A DNA stretch of 64,000 bases, taken from contig OZ024740.1 in assembly GCA_964016885.1 (NCBI GenBank), positions 243,970,001 through 244,034,000 of the forward strand. Reading direction: 5' to 3'. The DNA is from Eledone cirrhosa. Its lineage: Eukaryota. Below are positions 12,999 through 25,967 of the stretch, in pieces (the stretch's first letter is position 1; each line of letters begins with the position of its first letter). The notes beneath the pieces are model-generated. The model saw only the letters and a program-made list of their open reading frames with translations, was not told the DNA's origin and searched no databases. A program made the translations under genes and the position numbers.

Positions 12999-15485
12999 CT
13001 GTAATAAACACGATTATATTTATATATAAAAAAAAAATTGTCATAACCATGTCACAAGAATTATATACATATTAAACAAAACATTTGAAATTAGTAAACC
13101 TTTTATCATGTTAGATATTCTATAGAACAATGTGTATCAAAGTGGGTTCCGGTGAATTGACAATTAGATTATGGACGCATTTACAGTATTTTTTCTGGAC
13201 TTTCTGCATGCTGAGATCACCTTTGCACTTCATTCTCTTGTGGTCGATGAGATAAAATATCTCGGAGCGTTGGGTTGGAAGAATTGCTAGAGCGTCGGAC
13301 AAGATACTTTATAGTATTTTTTCCGGCTTTTAGATTTCTGAGTTCAAATCCCACTGTGGCCTACTTGGTTGGTAGACTTAATCTGTTAATTGGTTTAACA
13401 TCTACACCTGACCTCTGGTTGCTTTTAACGAAGTCCAATCTATTGTAAGCATTCAAACCAGATCTCTAGTTTGAAAATACAAATCACCTTCCTTCATACC
13501 ATTCTCAAAGGCCCTGAACGATGCCGTCCTCACTGCTCTCCCCTTCCTGACAAAACACTAAAATATCTATACAACAAATTTAGATTTACTCCACATTTTT
13601 GACGATTATGTTTATTTTACATGTGATCAGTGGTAGAACCTACTCGATAAATTAACGTGTAAGAGGCTGGGTATTCCACAGACACGTGTAGCCATAACAT
13701 AACCCTCAGTTAGACTCATCCTAACACCGTGTACGACAAGGCAGGGTCTTTCAATTACAGGTACAGTCAATCCGACACACAAGGCTTGGGTTGACTTGTA
13801 GATATGGGGAAAAACACTTGCCCAAATGTCACGAAGTAAGATCGAATCCGATACCTAATGAATACGAAATGAACGATTTAACCATTTTTCCACAATGCAC
13901 TCTCTCTTAAATGTTTTTGCAATGTATTCAGAAGTATTATTTACTTTATTGATTTTCTGTATAATAGATGTAAAGTATGAGTCTAGGTGAAATCCCACTA
14001 CAGCACTCCCTGAGTAAGTTTCTTCTACTGTAATTTCTGAGAAACAAAATAGCAAACAAATCAATATACGATACTGGTGTAATTTAATTACCTCCCATTA
14101 GTCGTTCTGAATCATTTATGCTAAATCACCCGCTTTTGATCTTGTAAAATCATTAGTACCTTTCAACATTACCTTTATAATGTGTGAAATAGATTTTGTA
14201 ATTCCTTTGAAGTGTTACTCCCAAAGAGGACTACGTTAGTCTAACGATGGATTGGCGGGAAACTTGTTTCACACCATATGAAACCGAGATAAGTTATCCT
14301 GAAAACTGGCATCCACCATTTTAATAATTGTGGTCACGTGTAAACTTGTGCGCTCGAATATTGACGCTGATGTTTTTATTGAATAGAGTGATTTCCTTCT
14401 CAACAATTGTTTCTCGTTATAACAGATCAATACGAAAGTAAAATGATTTTTTCTCCATAGAATGTATACACTGTATATACATGAGTAGTATGTATATGAG
14501 TAAGATATAGGATAAAGTAAATGTTCTTATCTATAAATATCTTTTATTGTTATGAATCTTTTGTCAAATAGATTTTTGCTTTTAATTAGATTTTTTATTT
14601 CCGTGTTTAGCAACACTTTAAAGATGTTTGCTTTTATGTATCGTATCTTTTCAATGTATTTAAAACAATACACGCTTCGTGAAATAGTAAATTCAAATTT
14701 ATCATTTATTTTTCTAGATAAAAAAAAGTTTGTAAATATTATCATATTATTTATTGTTACATGTACTTTCTGTTAGAAATTTTATACGTAAAATCTACAT
14801 AATTTGAATATTTATGTGGAAATCTTTATTTCGTTTTAATATCATTTATTAATTTACTTTTACATTTTAGATATTTCTAAATGTTATTAGATGGCAAATT
14901 GGTAGAGCCGTTGCAACACCGAATAGAATTCCTTGCTGTAGCCATTCCGGTACTGTGCGTTTCGAGTTTAAATCCACCTGCAGCTAAGTTTCTCTTTCAT
15001 CCTTGCGAGGTCAATAAATATTATTATTGGGGATGATTTTTCTCTGCATCCCTAATTTTCTTTCCTTTTCTAAAAAATATGTCGATGGAACGACCACCTT
15101 GCTACGATTCTTCATTTATGACATAAATCACCTATACTGTACTATAGAATATAACTAGAGTTTCAATCGACACTGTATATAGACAGATGTAAAGAACTTT
15201 ATAAACAATAATTCCATGGACAAAAACAGAGGGATCGGTCAGAGTAATTTAAATCCTGTTGGAATTTTATCACTAACGGAGTTCCCTATTTAACTGTCCG
15301 CGAAGATACTGCTATTACTATACTGGTTTCTGATGACTTCTTGTCCAGACATTGAGTCTCAACGAGAATTCATCAGACATAAATGACATCCTCACCAATA
15401 CGGCTTTACGTTCTTTTCTTTAAAAGGATATTTAAGAACTGAGATTCGCAAATAGTCTTTTTATTTCTGTAATTTTCATTGATAA

Positions 15486-16432
15486 CACTATGTAACAACA
15501 TTTTACATTTTTGTCTTTGGTCAATAAGTGCTATTTCCTGCTTTATTCTGCATAGAAGGCACAGGAAAAAAATTATTATTTTCTTTCTCCTCTAACTTTG
15601 CTTTTGTGACTTGGACAGCGACTGGTTGATCCTTCCACTTTACTTACAATTGGGCCTTATGAAACAGTTTGTCACAGCTCTAGATAAGGAGTCAGCAGCC
15701 TTCAAGTACCTTCAAGACTTCTTCCCTAAGCTGTCTGAGGCAAAATTGAAAGCCGGTGTCTTCGTCGGACCACAAATAAGGAAGATCATGGAGTGCAAGG
15801 AATTCCCCAAGAAGCTCACTAATACAGAGGAGACAGCGTGGAACAGCTTTGTTGCAATGGTTCAGATCTTACTGGGAAATCACAAGACCGAAAATTATAT
15901 GGAGCTTATTGAGACCCTGGTAAAGAACTTCGGCAAAATGGGTTGCAGGATGTCCCTCAAAGTATATATCCTTGACGCTCATCTTGATAAATTCAAGAGG
16001 GACATGGAAGCATACTCTGAAGAGCAAGGCGAGCACTTCCACTAGGATATACTTGACTTTGAACATCTCTACCAAGGGTCATATAATGAAAACATGACGA
16101 GAGATTATATATGGGGGCTAATTCATGAAAGCAATTTGAAACTTAAGCGTAAATCCCGAAAACCCACTCACTTTTAAGTTTTTTTGTATAATCCTAGAAT
16201 AAATAAATGCTACTTTTTTTAATCAAATATCCTTTTATTCCAACCTTGCCTGAACGAGAATGTTCACATTTGGCAGTTTTCCCCAATGGGATTAGGTAAA
16301 TCTAGAAATATCATTATCATGGCTAGAAAAGCAAAGTTTTAAGGAAAAATTAGCCATTTTTCATACTTTCTAGACATAAGAAAATAGAAAATAATAGTTG
16401 CTACCCAAGAACAAAAATCGTGTTACACAGTG
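15486..16432 (+). mobile_element. Chapaev3-like (CMC) DNA transposon, internally deleted, with transposase remnant at about 15611-16170
   Basis: Termini CACTATGTAAC and GTTACACAGTG with a 3-bp TAA TSD on both sides. Motifs LPLYLQLGLMKQFV.AL, LKAGVFVGPQIR, SEEQGEHFH*DI. Confidence 0.8.
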
Positions 16433-17111
16433 TAATTCAGTGAATACACAAGCGTGAAAGCTATCGTAAAGCCGTATTGGCGTAGCCCGGCTAGCGGGGG
16501 CAGTAGGTACGACACTTTTCATGACCTCGTAACACTAATGGAAGAAAAAGAAAACGTTGTCCCCATAGAATACTCTGGTAAAGGTACCCAAAAGCTTAAT
16601 TAGTGGTGTGGTTCGTGTACAACGAAACAGTGGATTTAGAATATAGACCCAAGAACAAAAGCGGTACATCTGACGGGATTCTGCTCAGTTTTCATTTACT
16701 AAATTCCGTTCACAATCCTTTTAACGACCAGAAACATAACCTTAGTAAAAGAAACTTCCCGAAGGTACAGCATAGTGGGATTGAACTCCGTACCATTTAG
16801 TTGCAAAAATAACCTAGAAATTCAACTATTCTTCGTATTGTATTCTATTTGTTAATATAGTGATGGGACAACTCCAATTGACTTAATAATCAATGCAATT
16901 GTAGCTTGTGGAGAGATTATCGATTTAAAAACAATTGCGTATACATAAACTAATGTTTTGTGCTATGTTTATTAGTTTTCATTATCAGTGTTTGTGTTGT
17001 GATACTTATGCTATTTAAAGCTGGCTTTCTGTGTTCTGCTAACGGATTCCGGGCAGTCGTTTCATTCCCATAAAATTATTAGCAGATCCACTGATCAGCT
17101 AAATTTACATA

Positions 17112-17877
17112 TCAGAGCTAGTGAAAATATATGCTATTTTCTAAAATATACAGTGACTGATCGGCCTGATTTGCATATTAGCAGACTGGCTGATCTGTCA
17201 GATCTGCATATTAACATATCCACTGATCAGCCAGATTTGCATATCAGCAGACTGGCCAGTCAGTTTCCTGCATATGTGCGATAAATGGCCGGCTTTGCCA
17301 TATTCAAATAAAAAAAGAAAATTCTACTGAATGGCTATAAAAATGAGGCTTGTTTGCATAATTGCAAACGAATCGAATGTTATTATTAATATTCGAAAAA
17401 CTCAGATTACATATATGGTATTCAGCCATGTAGAGCGAACATTTTCATTTTTTATTTGAATGTGGCAAAGCCGGCCATTTATCACTCGTATACAGGAAAC
17501 TGACTGGCCAGTCTGCTGATATGCAAATCTGGCTGATCAGTGGATCTGCTAATATGCCGATCTGACTGATCAGCCAGTCTGCTAATATGCAAATCAGGCT
17601 GATCAGTCACTGTGTATTTTTGAAAATATCTTATATTTTCACTAGCTCTGACAGTTAGCAGGTGAACAATGAACTACGCTGATGAAGGGTAATACCCAGA
17701 AACATTAGTGTCTGCAGTTCCGTTTACATGCGAACACAAGAGCAAGAATGAAGTGTTCATTCTACTGACATGGCTATAAAAATGACGCTTGTTTGCATAA
17801 TTGCAAACAAATCGAATATTATTATTAATATTCGAAAAACTCAGATTACATTTATTGTATTCAGCCATGTAGAGCGA
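17112..17877. repeat. Fold-back (MITE-like) repeat with about 210-bp inverted arms and a duplicated spacer
   Basis: Arms 17112-17322 and 17441-17651 are near reverse complements; spacer 17323-17438 is directly repeated at about 17761-17877. Confidence 0.85.
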
Positions 17878-17884
17878 TAATTTA

Positions 17885-17936
<52 letters not shown>

Positions 17937-18607
17937 AAAGTAAGTTGTTTTTTTAATATCCCACACGGGTAAAAATATAGAGGAAAGAAGTTGAAAATGC
18001 AATTGGAGTCCTTAAGAAGCTTTTCTAATAATAACTTTATTGGATTCATGCTTGAATGATTTTCAAACGTTAAGTGAGGTGGAGAGATGGGTGGCTGTGT
18101 GTCTCAAAACGACAGAGAGGGTGATAAAAAAATATGTCTCTCACATACACATACACACAGAGACAGAAACATACACACACGTGTATGTATCGATGTTGAC
18201 ATCTATAGAATTAAAATTCCCTCCTTTTTAATGGAAACTCGGTTATTCCCATAGCAATGGCTCACTCTACCTCCCACCCACCCCCTATCTCTCTTACTTA
18301 CTTCACATCCCTTGTGGTAATTATTGTTTAAGGTCCATTTAGCTCTATAGACACATTGCTTTATCTCCAATGTATCTTTATGTTCTGTTTCAAAAGGTAC
18401 TTCTGATGACCTACGTTTGGAGGTGTAGTGGGGGTCTATCAGAAAAGTTCTGTATTACTTCATTTACCATATTGTAATTTTTTCACTCCTAGTTTATGCC
18501 CACTCATTATTATTTAATTGTATAAAGCAGTCACTTAATAATTTCTACAGATTTCCTAAAATATATATATAGTTGTTTAAAAGGAGCATTAGGAAACTGA
18601 AAAATTA

Positions 18608-18786
18608 TTGGCAGTATCGGTAGAGGGTCGGACGCTATGCTTTGTAGCACAGTTATGTCCCTTTATGGACTGAGTTCAAATCCCGCCGAGGTTAACTTTG
18701 CCTTTCATCCTTACAGGGTCGATAAAATAAAGTACCAGTAATGTACTGGGTATTTGCTGGACTTGTGCCTAAAGTATAAAACAATT
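18608..18786 (+). mobile_element. tRNA-derived SINE
   Basis: Matches the window SINE consensus over nearly full length. Confidence 0.9.
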
Positions 18787-19337
18787 ATGTATGCTTAATT
18801 GTTTTCTTAATTTTAAAGGTGTTATATTTATTTTGATTCTGGAACAGAAATTATTAAGGTAACCTCCCATTGTCGACATCATGGTTGGGTCAGTGGCAGA
18901 ATTTCTAGCAGGCCCATACGTGATTCTAAAGGCAGGCTTCAACAGCTTCCATATCCTTTTCCTGTGTACAATGTATTTGTATATAGTGTATTCTATGGCA
19001 TATTTCAAATATATCGATGTTTATCTTTTTAATATTTATGTATTTATAATATTACTTTACTTTTATGTTAAATTTAGTTTGTTTTACATCACTTTATTAA
19101 ATTTGAAATTTGTATAATTCATTGAACAATAATGATAAATGAAGGAATACATTTTTACATAAACTTACATATAACTTACTAAGAACACTAGAGTTTCTTG
19201 TGTTCAGCTTTTTTATAAAATAAAATCGCCTCTTTGCCATTTGCTCATATCAAGTTGCTTTGGAATGATACTGGTTCTTTAAGCAAGAACATCATTGAGA
19301 ACTTATTTCGCCCGGGACAACTAGTAATAATAATAAT

Positions 19338-19520
19338 TGTTTCTACTTTAGGCACAAGGCCAGCAATTACCCAGTGCATTACTGGTACTTTATTTTATCG
19401 ACCCCGTAATGATGAAAGGCAAAGTCAACATCGGCGGGATTTGAACTCAGATCATAAAGGGACGTAACTATGCTGGAAAGCATGGCGTCCGACCCTCTAC
19501 CGATACTGCCAATCCACCGC
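19338..19520 (-). mobile_element. tRNA-derived SINE, full length
   Basis: 17-bp TSD CTAGTAATAATAATAAT at 19321-19337 and 19521-19537. Confidence 0.92.
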
Positions 19521-19726
19521 CTAGTAATAATAATAATGAAAAGGAACAATGTATCAATATAGCATCATTATGTTTATTCACGTGTTTCGCGATCGATAAG
19601 CTTAAAGTTTGATCGGTATTGATCACGCCCCGAATCTAGAATCGATAGCTCATCATAAACATAATGATGCTATATTAATACTTTGTTCCTACTCATTATT
19701 ATTATTATCATTATTATTATTATTAT

Positions 19727-20293
19727 AGTTGCATTTATCTTGCTTTATGTTCATACGAGTTATCACCAAGTCACAACCAGTGACCTCAAGAGACAACAAG
19801 GTCCGCCATGTTCAAGAAAGAACATACATACTCACACATGCATCTTTAGTGTTAAGACTTGTGATGTACTTATATTGACAGAATCTTCCTTAGTATATGG
19901 GCAGTTCCCATTAGTACTATCTTTTGTATTTCTCCTATACGCGGGTTTCCTGGGATTTGCGATAAGTAATCATTAGACCCCTTAGGTATCATTCCTAAAG
20001 CGCCTACAACCACTGGTATTGTTTTAGTTCTCAATTTCCACATTTTTCCAATTTCTATCTCCAGGTCCTTATACTTGCTCAATTTTTCAAATGTTTTTAT
20101 AGATACATTCTTGTCTATTGGAACAGACATATCAATTAGCAGGCATACCCTCTTTTTAAAGTCCTTCAATATTATATTGCATCTATTTTTCGGTCTGTTT
20201 GGATGCTAAAGTTCCACAAGATTGAGATGTGATCTTTTTCAAGTATGGGAGGTGGTTGATGCTCCCACCAATTCTTTTGATGGGGCAGGTCAA
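19727..20293 (-). mobile_element. R4/Dong-type non-LTR retrotransposon, family B, 3' fragment (RLE endonuclease)
   Basis: ORF 19870..20169 reads CLLIDMSVP...KLSKYKDLEIEIGKMW...PVVVGALG, followed by a 3' UTR and (AAT)n tail. Confidence 0.85.
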
Positions 20294-20329
20294 ATTATTA
20301 TTATTATTATTATTATTGTTATTGTTATT

Positions 20330-23300
20330 CCTTGAATCTCAGTCATTGATGTTGGTTAACTGGAAAGTCCGTTGGATTGAATATCAAGCCACTACCTGCA
20401 GCCTCAGATATTCAGGACGTATCGGAGGGTTCTTGCTGTTCCAAGCAAGCATGCCTTTTGAAGCGTTCCAAAAAGCGTGAAGGGGCCGATTTTCTTTAAC
20501 CATCCCTGGAAACCTTTGGAGATAGTCCCCAGTGCGCCTATGACAATCGGGATCACTTTGACTTCATGGCAGTTCCAAATCCTTTTCACCTCCCACTTTA
20601 GGTCCTGGTATCGGTTAATTTTCTCCCTCTCCTTCTCTTGCACTCTCGTGTCGAACGGGCAGGCCACATCCACAATCAGGCACGATCTTTTTTCTTTGTC
20701 CACAACCACCAGGTCAGGTCTATTGTGTTCCAGTTTTTTGTCCGTCTGTATCCTAAAATCCCACAGCACCTTCACCTGACTGTTCTCCATCACCGCCTCT
20801 GGCCTATGCTCATACCATTTCTCAGAATGTGGTAGATTGTTTACTTTGCACAGGTGCCAGTGGATCACCCTGCCCATCACATCGTGTCTCCAGCCCTTAT
20901 AGTGGGTCTGGGCTAGGTGTTTACACTCGGAAACAATGTGAGCCACAGTCTCCTCTCTCTCTCCACAGATCCTGCACAGTGGGCTAGCCTCCTCCTTGTA
21001 GATATGGTGCTTCAACCACTTCGTTTTGAGGGCCTGCTCCTGCGCAGCCATTAGCATTCCTTCTGTAGCCTTTTTGAGGTCTCCTCTTCTCAACCAGTTC
21101 CATGTCTGTGGATCTCTAAATTCAGTTTTCTCAAAGAAGGTACTATGAAGGGATTTTCCCTTAAGGCTGCTCTTCCTCCTTGATGTTATTTCCTCCTTGG
21201 GTATCCCCTGGCCTACTGTCCCCTCCTTCAGTACAGCTCTGAGCATTGGCTCCTTACTATAGGTCACGTATTTGTATAGGTTGTTTTTCTCCATCTGAAC
21301 ACAGTCCTCTATGCTGATAAGACCTCTTCCACCCTCAGATCTCCTTAGGTAGAGTCTATCGACATCACTCCTCTTGTGGAACATGTTGTAGATAGGTTGT
21401 TTTTCTCCATCTGAACACAGTCCTCTATGCTGATAAGACCTCTTCCACCCTCAGATCTCCTTAGGTAGAGTCTATCGACATCACTCCTCTTGTGGAACAT
21501 GTTGTAGATAGTCAATAGCTTCCTAGTCTTCCTATCCATTTCTTTTTGTTCAGCAACATTCCATCTCAGAATTCCCGCACTGTACCTAATAATAGACACA
21601 GCTCGGGAATTTACTGCGCTTATGGCATTTCTGCTGTTCAGATGTGACTTCAATACGCTCCTTACTCTCCGAATGTATTCAGTTCTTAACAATTCTTTCA
21701 TTTTTTTGTTCTTTATGCCATCAGCCTCCAGAACGCCCAAATACTTGTATCCTTCCTCAGAGTCAATTTCCTTTATCATCTCACCTGTTGGTATCTGGAT
21801 CCCGTTACTTCTGCTCAACCTACCCCTCCTCATCACAATGACTCCACATTTACCAATACCAAACTGCATACATATATCACTGCTGAAAATACGGACAGTG
21901 TCAACAAGCACATCCAACTCCTTCTCACTTTTCCCGAAGAGCTTAAGATCGTCCATGAAGAGGAGGTGATTGATGGTAAGCTCTCCCCTTCCCAACTTGT
22001 ATCCTGCTCTCACTTTTCGCAGCATAATGGTCAAGGGCATCAGGGCAAGGACAAACAACAGAGGGGACAGGCTATCTCCCTGGAAGATACCTCTCTTGAT
22101 CTTCACGTTTCCCAAGGATACTCCAGTTGATGTCAACTCTGTCTCCCAGGACCCCATACTCCTGCCCAGCAACTGTCTGATGTTATCTGCCACCCTGAAG
22201 ATCTCCAGGCTTTTGGTGATCCAGGAATGAGGCACCATGTCAAATGCCTTTCTGTAGTCTATCCATCCCATGGCAAGATCAGTGTGTCTCCTCCTGCAAT
22301 TCCCCATTACCATCTTATCAATAAGCAACTGGTCCTTTGTACCACGTGACTTCTTTCGGCATCCTTTCTGTTCGTCCGGCAACAAGTTGTTTGTGTGGAG
22401 GTGATGGTAGATTTCCTCAGACACAATGCTCGTCAACAGTTTCCACATTACGGGCAGACATGTGATAGGTCTATAGTTGGTAACATCATTACCCTTGATT
22501 CGGTCTTTCATTATCAGAACTGTGGTACCTTTTGTCAACCACTCTGGCACCTCACCCGACACCAAGCAGTCATTGAACATGGCCGTCAGCTTCGGGTGGA
22601 GGGATGTTAAATGTTTAATCCAATACCCCTGCACACCATCTGGGCCTGGTGATTTCCAGTTGGTTAGTTTTGTGGCTTGCCCCTTAAGAGTTTCAACTGT
22701 GATACTCAAATCAGTCTGTTGCTGTGCCTGCTCACCGATCTCCCTCTGTACTGTCTCAATCCACCCTGCCTGGGCATTGTGTCTAACATCCTGCTCCCAT
22801 ATTCCTCTCCAGAATGTTTTAGCTTGTTCCGCCCCAGGGATCAAGTCGTTGCCTCTTTCTTTCCCCTCAAGCTGTCCAAACAGCATCTTCTGGTTGTTGT
22901 CGAACATGCGGTTCTGTTTATACTGACTGACTCTGTTCTCGTATCGCCTGATTTTGGCACTCTTTGCTACAATGCGTTGCTTCAATTCCTCTATGATAAT
23001 ACTTAGCTTTTTACTCCTAGTTTTGTATTTTATTTCCAGTCTATTTTTAGTGCCTATGTTTTTTAGTGTCCCATTCAGTAGTGACTCAAGCTTTCCTATG
23101 TCATTTCTCATTTCCCCGATTTGCCCACTCAGTCGCTTCTTCCACCACGGCTCTGCTCTTTCTTGTCTGTTGTTTCCTCTCGCTTTTATACCAAGTAGTT
23201 TCCTCACCGTATTTGCTGTTGCTTTGAGGATATTGTTGCACTGGTGAAGACTCCTCGCCTCAAGGTATGGGATGACTTTGTTTACCTTAGCTGTTGTTTC

Positions 23301-25238
23301 TTTTAACTTTTTCCTGTCTACAAATCTTAGGTTCATAGGTCTCCCACTATCATTGTTCAACTCATCTACCACTAAATTTAGGATGTCAACCGAATCTTGT
23401 CCTAGCCCGTCAGCATTCATCTCCTCAGTGGCCGTATCTCTGTTCCAGGTATTATTTATCTCAGTATTCAGATCATTGTCTGCTTCGGGTGGTTCCTCCG
23501 TTCTCAGGACCTCCTCACCTTCATTTCCCGCCGGCTCGCTTGTCTGGCATACTACACCCGCCATCTCCAAGCCATTCTCTCTGCTCAGTTCCTCCAGTTC
23601 CAGCTCGCTTATCCACCCATTAGTTCTTATTACCCGAGCCTGCCCGGCCAATTTTTGTTCATCTAATTTAAATAAACCAATCTCGTTCCAGATGTTATGC
23701 ATCCGTCTCCTGTAGCCCCTCTCCTTGGGGTTACTTTTCAGGTAGCATTGCATAACAGTTCTATTCAATTCTTTCGTCCAGTTGGTTCTGGCCCCTTTCC
23801 TTCTTCTTCTTCCTCCAACATCAGCAGTATTTGGTTGACAGTCAGGTTCCTGCTGCTGAGCCAGGGGGCACCTGTTGGGTGAGAGTCTGTCACATGACGT
23901 TCTAGTCTCCATTTCACCGTTATTCGAACTGTTTATGTTCGATATTTAAACACTCTTATCGAGGATTGGCGAATGTATGTTTACATAGCCATCTGTGGAT
24001 CCGCCATCCCACTTGGCCCTTGTGTGGCATTATCACCACGCTGTATACGGACACACATAAACAAACAAACACACGGGCAGAAAGGGCCCCAAAAATGAAT
24101 AAGCATAAGTTTCATTGTAATGTAGTATTCGAATGTCTGACTTAGTTTTTGTTTTTTAAGTTTTACTTTTTCCCCCCTCTTCTCTGTCCGTCCGCCTGCT
24201 TCTCTCTTCATTCTTATTTTCTTTACGTTTTTGGGGTTTCTTTTTTTGTTTTTGTTTTTCTCTGTTTTTCTCGTTTTTTTTACTGTTGTTGCTGTGCTGC
24301 TTTTGTTGTTTGTTTTTTCTTTTTTCTTTTGAGTCTATCTATATATTTTGATGCCTTCCTCTTTGTTAGTAGTAGGAATTCTATAATGTGGAAGTGGTAG
24401 CCAGCAGAGACTGGCGGCGTTGGCGATACTGAGACAGTGGTGATGGTGATGTCGATACCGAGGCAGTGGTGGCGGTGATGCGACCGTATTACTGTAGTGA
24501 TGGTGCTGTAGCGGTGGCAGCAGCAGTGAAGGAGTCAGGGGGTGGTGGCGGCGGTGATGGGATAGTGGTGGTAATGATGGCCGTAGTGAGCGGTGGCGGT
24601 GAAGGTGAAAATGTTGTTGTGTTTAGTGTACACAGATGATGGGGTGGGTGGTGTATCTAGTTTCTGGTGTTGGTGAGTTTCGCTGTCCTATATAGTGTAG
24701 CCAGAGGAGAGGAGGGGGGGGGGTTCTTCTTCTTCCATTTATAGCCATTTTTTTTTTTTTTTTTGGATATACAGTGTACAATACAAAGTTGAATATTTGA
24801 ATATTTGAGCCGTATTACTGTAGTGATGGTGCTGTAGCGGTGGCAGCAGCAGTGAAGGAGTCAAGGGGTGGTGGCGGCGGTGATGGGATAGTGGTGGTAA
24901 TGATGGCCGTAGTGAGCGGTGGCGGTGAAGGTGAAAATGCTGTTGTGTTTAGTGTACACAGATGATGGGGTGGGTGGTGTATCTAGTTTCTGGTGTTGGT
25001 GAGTTTAGCTGTCCTATATAGTGTAGCCAGAGGAGAGGAGGGGGGGGGGTTCTTCTTCTTCCATTTATAGCCATTTTTTTTTGGATATACAGTGTACAAT
25101 ACAAAGTTGAATATTTGAATATTTGAGCCTTATAACAATATATTTTGGGTCCGAATTTTTTTGGGGCTCAAGCCGGGTGCTTTACGTAGCATTTGTACTA
25201 AGAGTTGTTATTTCACAAATGATTTAAATATGTTAAAA

Positions 25239-25240
<2 letters not shown>
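20330..25240 (-). mobile_element. R4/Dong-type non-LTR retrotransposon, family A copy 1, near full length, frameshifted
   Basis: ORF from 23912 has RT (YRPITCL, QGDSLSP, FMDDLKL), CCHC knuckle (CRIC..ETVAHIVSEC) and RLE (RHD, NRPDLVVVD, IVDVACP). Broken by a 116-bp tandem duplication; (ATT)n on both sides. Confidence 0.93.
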
Positions 25241-25289
<49 letters not shown>

Positions 25290-25930
25290 GTTCTTTGAGT
25301 CTCAGTCATTGATGTTAGTTAACTGGAAAGTTTGTTGAAATGAATATCAAGCCACTACCTGCAGTCTCAGATATTCAGGACGTATCGGAGGGTTCTTGCT
25401 GTTCCCAGCAAGCATGCCTTTTGAAGCGTTCCAAAAAGCGTGAAGGGGCCAATTTTCTTTAACCATCCCTGGAAACTTTTTGAGATAGTACCTAGTGCGC
25501 CTATGACAATCGGGACCACTTTGACTTCATGGCAGTTCCAAATCCTTTTTACCTCCCACAAGTCCTGGTATCGGTTAATTTTCTCCCTCTCCTTCTCTTG
25601 CACTCTCGTGTCGAATGGGTAGGCCACATCCACAATCAGGCACGATCTTTTTTCTTTGTCCAAAACCACCAGGTCAGGTCTATTGTGTTCCAGTTTCTTG
25701 TCCGTCTGTATCCTAAAATCCCACAGCAACTTCACCTGATCGTTCTCCATCACCGCCTCTGGCTTATGCTCCTACCACTTCTCAGAATGTGGTAAATTGT
25801 TTACTTTGCATAGGTGCCAGTGGATCACCCTGCCCATCACATCATGTCTCCAGCTCTTATAGTGAGTCTGGGCTAGGTGTTTACACTCGGATACAATGTG
25901 AGCCACAGTCTCCTCTCTCTCTCCACAGAT
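25290..25930 (-). mobile_element. R4/Dong family A 3' fragment, more diverged
   Basis: RLE domain ORF 25367..25753 plus 3' UTR; bounded by (ATT)n. Confidence 0.88.
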
Positions 25931-25967
25931 TATTATTATTATTATTATTATTATTGTTGTTGTTATT

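Noticed and set aside
19338-19520. SINE mobilised by the Dong-type elements
   Set aside because: SINE 3' ends run into ATT whereas the LINE tails are (AAT)n on the sense strand, and I saw no shared 3' sequence.
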